Of a DNA stretch of 64,000 nt, positions 58,497 to 64,000 are shown piece after piece. The stretch lies in the NCBI GenBank assembly GCA_001179505.1, contig CDMY01000346.1, forward strand, positions 43,999 to 107,998, in the 5' to 3' direction. Origin of the DNA: Vitrella brassicaformis CCMP3155. Lineage: Eukaryota; Protista; Chromerida. The position numbers and the translations under genes were made by a program. Under the pieces are notes generated by a model. That model ran no database searches. It saw nothing but the letters and a program-made list of their open reading frames with translations, and had not been told where the DNA came from. The stretch's first letter is position 1; the number at the start of each line of letters is the position of its first letter.

Positions 58497-61180
58497 CTAT
58501 GTTTGTATCTTGTCCATGTGCAGGTTGGCCGCGAAGTGCGTGTGGATGCCCCAAGGGATGTGGTGCTTCAGCCACAGCTTCGCAACAGGACCTAAACACA
58601 CAGCACAGCACAGCACAGCACAGCACACGCACCATCAAACACCCTCCGCGACCGACCCCTGGCTGTGTGGCGTGTCCCGACCGACCGACCTTTGTGGATG
58701 TACTTCGGGTGGAATATAGCGAGGTACGGCCGGCCCCTCTCCATGTCGTGCACAATACCCATCATCCAGCCGCTGGTCTCCTCGTCAAGATCTTGGTGTG
58801 CGTGTGGATGTCTGTGTGCGCGCGGGAGCGGCCGGTGGGCGATGGTGGGCTGGGACGAGAAGGCACGTCGGCCAGTATACCACGCATCGACCTTCTTGGA
58901 CACCACGTCTAGCCTGACAGACACAACACATGGAGGGAGGGAGGGAGGGTGGATGGAGTGGATCGGTGGGCAGGGTGCGGTGCAGGTGGAGGTTTGTTGA
59001 CTCCATTCATTCTCATTTACCTTGCGAAGCCCTGTGGTGGGCTGGCTCCCGGCCAGCCCGGTCCCCTTGTGTGACTTAGAATACAGTACAGCTGGCTGAA
59101 CGGCAGCGATTCCCGACTGCAGCAGATGAGATAGATGTGACGCACAGAAAACGGACGGACGGACGGACGGACAAGTGCGGCAAGGAAGGTGATTGATACT
59201 AGTCTTAAGTAGGCGATGGATCGCGGTGCAAGCTTGGTGGTTACTTTGGGTGAGATATTGGTTGTGCGATGGACAGCCTCTCAAAGCCTGGCGTGGGCCG
59301 GTGCTCCACGACTCTCGGATGCTCCTCAGAAGACACATCGATGACCGTCCTGCACACCACACCCACACATTGGGAGAGGAGAGGTTTCTCAACGTCTGTC
59401 TCGGCTCGCGCGGCGCATACGGTGCCCACCTGTAGAGTGTGATCTGTGGAGATGAAGTGGGGTCGGGCCAGTAGCCCTCATTTGCACCAAAGAGGCTCTC
59501 GGCGTTCCTGTTGATGGCCAGAAACTCGGGACCCCAGGCCTCGGAATAGATCACTACCCTGCACACACACACACACACACATGGATGAACACCACACACA
59601 GATGGAAGGGGGATGGATGGATGGATGGGCGACTGCCTGACGGACATTACCTTCCCTCGTCGTCTTCAAATCCTGACAGGTGGATAGGGAAGCCGACCTC
59701 ACCCACATCGACCACACGCGGCGGCGTCCCTACACACACCATCCATCCATCCATCCATGGCTGTGTGTGATGTCTGTGTGTGTGTTGTGTGGCCTTGACC
59801 GACCCGCCCTCCGACCCACCTCACCTGCCTTCGGCCCTGTCGGCCTGGGCACGAGATGAAGACGCAATGGGCCAGCCAGCTTCCTGAACGACCAGATCAA
59901 ACCAACACAACACATAATGTGCATGTCTGTCTGGCTGGCCGTCTGTCTGTCTGTCTGTCTGTCTGTCGTGTCGTGGCTGGCTGGCTGACTTGAGGCACTC
60001 GACGGGTCCCTTTTGGCCGAGCAGGAAGGGCAGCGGCTGCAGCTGCATGGGGGGGTCGGGCAGGATGTAATACGACTCAGTTATGCCCCAGTCGTGGGGC
60101 GCCGCCACCGCATCTGGGGAGTCGACCAACCATAATACATGTGTGTGCTGTGCTGTGCTGTGCTATGGCGTGCGTACCAGGCATTTCGTAAGGCATGACA
60201 GAGAGAAGAGTTCCGTCGTCTGCCCACTCGCGTATGGTGAGCCCCATGGGTTTGCCCATCATGGGCGCACCCACCTGCCAAGTGAAGGCCACAAAGTTGC
60301 CCCTGTCGGCCTCAACCTTCACCACAACCAATAAACACAACACACACAACAAACAGACAGACATGCAGGGACAGAGGCTCATCAGTCGCTCAGCTCCCTC
60401 CCTCACCTTTGGGTGCGCATTGCTCGCGTCCCCCTCCATCTCCATAATGCCGTCCAGCCAGTGCCACGTGCTCCTGCTGCTACGGCCAGCAGACGACGAC
60501 CCAGACGACGATGAGGACGCCGATTCCGCCGCCCCGGCCACACCCACATCGCCCCCCAAGTCCATGTCAGCCGGGCCCACCGTCGAGAGGTCGTTGATCT
60601 CGAGTGCCCAGGGCAGGCCCGCCTCGTGCAGCGCCAGCAGCATGGGCGGCCCTTCCCTCCGTGGGAACAGGGCTATGTTGGTGTTGGGCGGGGCCTTGAG
60701 GCGCGCGTCCATGGCGTTTTCGGTCATGCGTTCGAGCGGCGAGGGGACGTCGCCCTGGCGGAGTCGCTCGAGGGTGCGGATGATCTGGGTGGCCCGTTTG
60801 CAGCGGGCGTGGGGGCTGTCGGGGTTGCGGTAAGTGCCGAAACATCCCTAAATGGCCAGATCCAGAAACAAACAAGAGAGATGAGATGAAGCCATTGGCG
60901 AGTGGATGGAAGGGTGGATGGATGGCTACCCTGTAGAGGAATTGGTTGGCGTTTTGTTCGTCGAGGAAGTCGGGCGTGACGACGTAGCGCGACCGCAGCC
61001 AGGCCTTGCCGTCGCGGAACGATATGGCCGTCAGGTACCCGTCGCCGTCCTGCACACACTCAGACAGACAGATAGACAGATGCGTGTGGGGCGTGGTGAG
61101 AGTGATTTGTATGTGCGTGTGTCTTCGCGTACCATCCAATGTGCTGTGGTCTGGTTGGCGCGCTCAAACAAAGCTGATGG

Positions 61181-61238
<58 letters not shown>

Positions 61239-61824
61239 CAAGACGACCAGAAAACATTAAAACAGAGTGCATGCCACACATGCGACTCCCTTCCCTCTCC
61301 CTCTTTCACATAGCGGTGTGCCTTGCCTCACCAGGTCCCAGCCGCAGGTATGTGCCGTTGATATCCTTGGGGATGCTCCCCTCCACCTCGTCTATCACAT
61401 ACTCAAACTCCTCAGGCTGCGACTTGAAGGCCGCTGCCCAGTCGTCCCTACTAAACACGCCATCGAACTTCTTGAGCTCCGCCAGCCGGGCACTGTCGTC
61501 CACCGTCGGCCTGGCGGTCTTGATCGGCGGGATGGCCAGCGGCAACACCCACGACCTCAGCATGTGGCTGATCGGGATGCGCACAGCCGCCTGGGCGACC
61601 TTCTTGGTCGTCTCCAAACGCTGATCCGTCGGCGGCTTCTGCTGAAGTCGCGTTCTCGGCTGTGTGCGCGAGTGTCGGCCGCCGCCGTGTGCGCTTGGTG
61701 GCTGGAGGAATGATGACGAGGGCCATGGAGAGGGCCGGGAGGTCTTGAGGAATCTGCCGCTGGCGTGCCGCACGGTCAGAGTGAGCTGCAGGGCGAGCAG
61801 GGTGACCACAGATAGAGACAGCAT
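58497..61824 (-). CDS. Carotenoid cleavage oxygenase (CCD/RPE65 family), probably plastid-targeted
   Basis: VEGSIPKDINGTYLRLGP, HWMDGDGY, and four Fe-ligand His contexts SNAHPK, PHDWGITE, FPIHLSGFED, PWGIHTHF; GWMMGIVHD; signal peptide MLSLSVVTLLALQLTLTVRHASG plus a Ser/Arg-rich transit-like stretch. Confidence 0.92.
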
Positions 61825-62369
61825 GGCGCCGTCTGGCTTGACGGACAGGGGCGTGGATGGTTGCGGTGACGCTGCTGCTCAAGGAGAGACCTTGTGTGGA
61901 CAGTAACAACCCGCCACGCGGCGAGATCCGCACCGATCGGCCAATTTATGAGCTCGCAAGGCAAGAAGGGTGCTTCCTGAAACCACTGCTGCAAGAAGGG
62001 AAGAAAGCGTGACGGAGGCTTGATGATAGTGTCGGACAAACAACCGCAGCTGGGCCAAAGTGAAGGCTTTGCTCGTGTGTTCGTCGCTCGGCGATGGCTC
62101 TCTCCTCGGCCCCTTCCAAGGCCAAGAACACACCCAACGCAATAAAGCGCCTAACGAACCGAAAGCCGTTCTCCATGGCCAAGCAACAGTGTCACGGACG
62201 GTGGAAAAAGCATGTGTCACTCACTGCGTCCATCCCCAGCCCCACCCCAATGCAACGTAACCAAGCCAGGAAAGACAAAACACTTGGAGCTGGTCAAAAG
62301 GCGACGCTGCCGAGAAAGACAGCGGCAGATCTCATCTACGTCGTGGCACCCATCCGTCCGTCCCATCCA

Positions 62370-63749
62370 TCAGATGATGTACTTGTTCATGAATTTGCGG
62401 TGGAACTCGCTGCGCACCACGTCGTTGATGAATCTGCGCGCGCACACACACAGAGAGACAATCAGAGAGAGAGAGAGAGAGAGATATGAGATCCATCCAC
62501 GAGCCGGATGCCGTATCTGTGACCCACCCACCGTTTCTGTGCCTTGGGCGCGCCCTTGGCCTGGTTCTTGAAAACGACATCGTCATCCCACCTTCGCACA
62601 CACATGCGCCACACCCAAGGCAGTCAATCACGGTCATCCAGTCCAGTGAGCTTTGTGTGTCCGTGTATAGGTGCAGTGAGTGAGTGTGGCTCCCTCACCC
62701 ACCTGCGCTTGACTGAGACGTCCGCGCCGGTCATGAGCGGGTTGCTCCTGAGCACCTGCTCCCGACGCGCCTCCTCCTCGGCACGACCCTCTGCCTCACG
62801 CTGAGCGATGATGGCCACACCACACACATTCACACACACAACGCGAGAGACGTCGGGAAGGACGTGTGTGTGTCTGTGTGCTGGGTGTGACGGACCTTGC
62901 TTCGCTCCTCCTCCTCGCGCTCCCTTTTGATTTTCTCCAGCTCCCGGCGCAGCTCGGCCTCCTCCTCGTCATCATCGTCATCCTCCTCCTCCTCGTCGCT
63001 GTCGTTGACGTCGCCCGGCTCGTCGTCGGCATCCTGCGGAAACATGTTCGGGATCGACTCTGGCAAACACATTATGACACACACACACACAAATGCACAC
63101 ACACGCGCACAAATGCACACAGAGATGTGTGTGTGTGTAGGTCAGGTCACCCACCTGGCACTGCGGCGGCGGTGAGCGTGAGTGGCTTGGCGCTGGATTC
63201 CACCTCACTGGGGGCCACACGATTCCTGACAAGACAGACACCCACGCGCATAGCACACACAACACACCACCACACCAGTCAGCGGTGATTTATGACAGAC
63301 ACGCCGACCACCATGCGTGTGGCTCACTTACTCCGCCAGTTTCTTCGCCGCATAGTGACGGCGCTCCTTCTCCTCCAACTCAGCCTGCACCAACCACAAA
63401 CACACACAGCTTTACTGAGGATGCATCGCCCTCCCCTCCTCTCCCTACCTTGAGGTCCTTGGCCTTGATCTCCTCCTCGGTGCCCTGGCCCTCCTGGCGC
63501 TGCTTCATAGTCATCTGGCCGGGAAGGTCGCGAGACGACAACTTGACACTCGCTATCGACACCCTCGTGCCACCTGACAACCACGAACAGACAGCCATGA
63601 CAGACACGAGGTGAGAGTGCGCGTCGAGAGTCTTCCTCCCCTCCCTTTGTCCCTGGTCGTGCCATCTACATCTGCCTGCCCGTGTGATGCTCACCTTGTC
63701 CCTCGCCGCCGAGGGCCTGGTGGTACGTCGGTCGGTGCGCTGTCGTCAT
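62370..63749 (-). CDS. CWC15: Spliceosome-associated protein CWC15
   Basis: MTTAHRPTY..A.GG, SSRDLP, ELEEKE, acidic DDDDEEEAELRRELEKIKRER, SNPL, VKRRWDDDVVFKNQA, FINDVVRSEFHRKFMNKYI*. Confidence 0.95.
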
Positions 63750-64000
63750 GATGCCAACTCACTCGACAAACTGATACTCCAGATGCACGAATACTGGACT
63801 TCTCTCCCCTGCTCCCTTTGCGAGCTTGGTATGCCAAGCTCGCGGAATTCAAAGTCGCTGGGGATTCTCACACCTAGCGTTGCTTGTAAGAATAGGTGGG
63901 AGAGAGTCGGGGAGAATGGTGAAGAGAGGATCTGCCGGGCGGTCAGTCCCGGATAAAGGATTAAGTCAATGCAACGTAAGGTCTGTGGATTTTGTGGAGA

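Overview
Intron-rich, GC-rich eukaryotic genomic DNA. The introns are short and full of (CA)n/(TG)n, (CAGA)n and (TCCA)n repeats, and there are four 300-N scaffold gaps. Gene content (plastid-targeted ABC1 kinase and carotenoid oxygenase with bipartite-type leaders) and sequence style suggest a chromerid alga such as Vitrella; this is inference, not verified. Most of the supplied six-frame ORFs are spurious, so I rebuilt the genes by hand across splice sites. Recognisable genes: DDX47/RRP3 helicase, a HEAT-repeat protein, a Chorein-N/VPS13-like protein, a ZIP metal transporter, an ABC1K kinase, a TmcB/TmcC-like multipass membrane protein, an SH3 protein, a carotenoid cleavage oxygenase and CWC15. 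An accessory block at about 8-16 kb holds duplicated Ig-like adhesin fragments, an atypical protein kinase head-to-head with a Zn-dependent nucleoside/nucleic-acid deaminase, and a decayed second kinase copy. The most unusual signals are (i) the kinase-deaminase divergent pair, (ii) a perfect 45-bp inverted copy of a splice-acceptor junction that makes up most of a downstream intron, (iii) many introns with complementary (CA)n 5' and (TG)n 3' halves, and (iv) an intron whose first 12 nt synonymously re-encode the start of the next exon. No rRNA, tRNA, CRISPR array or transposase could be supported.
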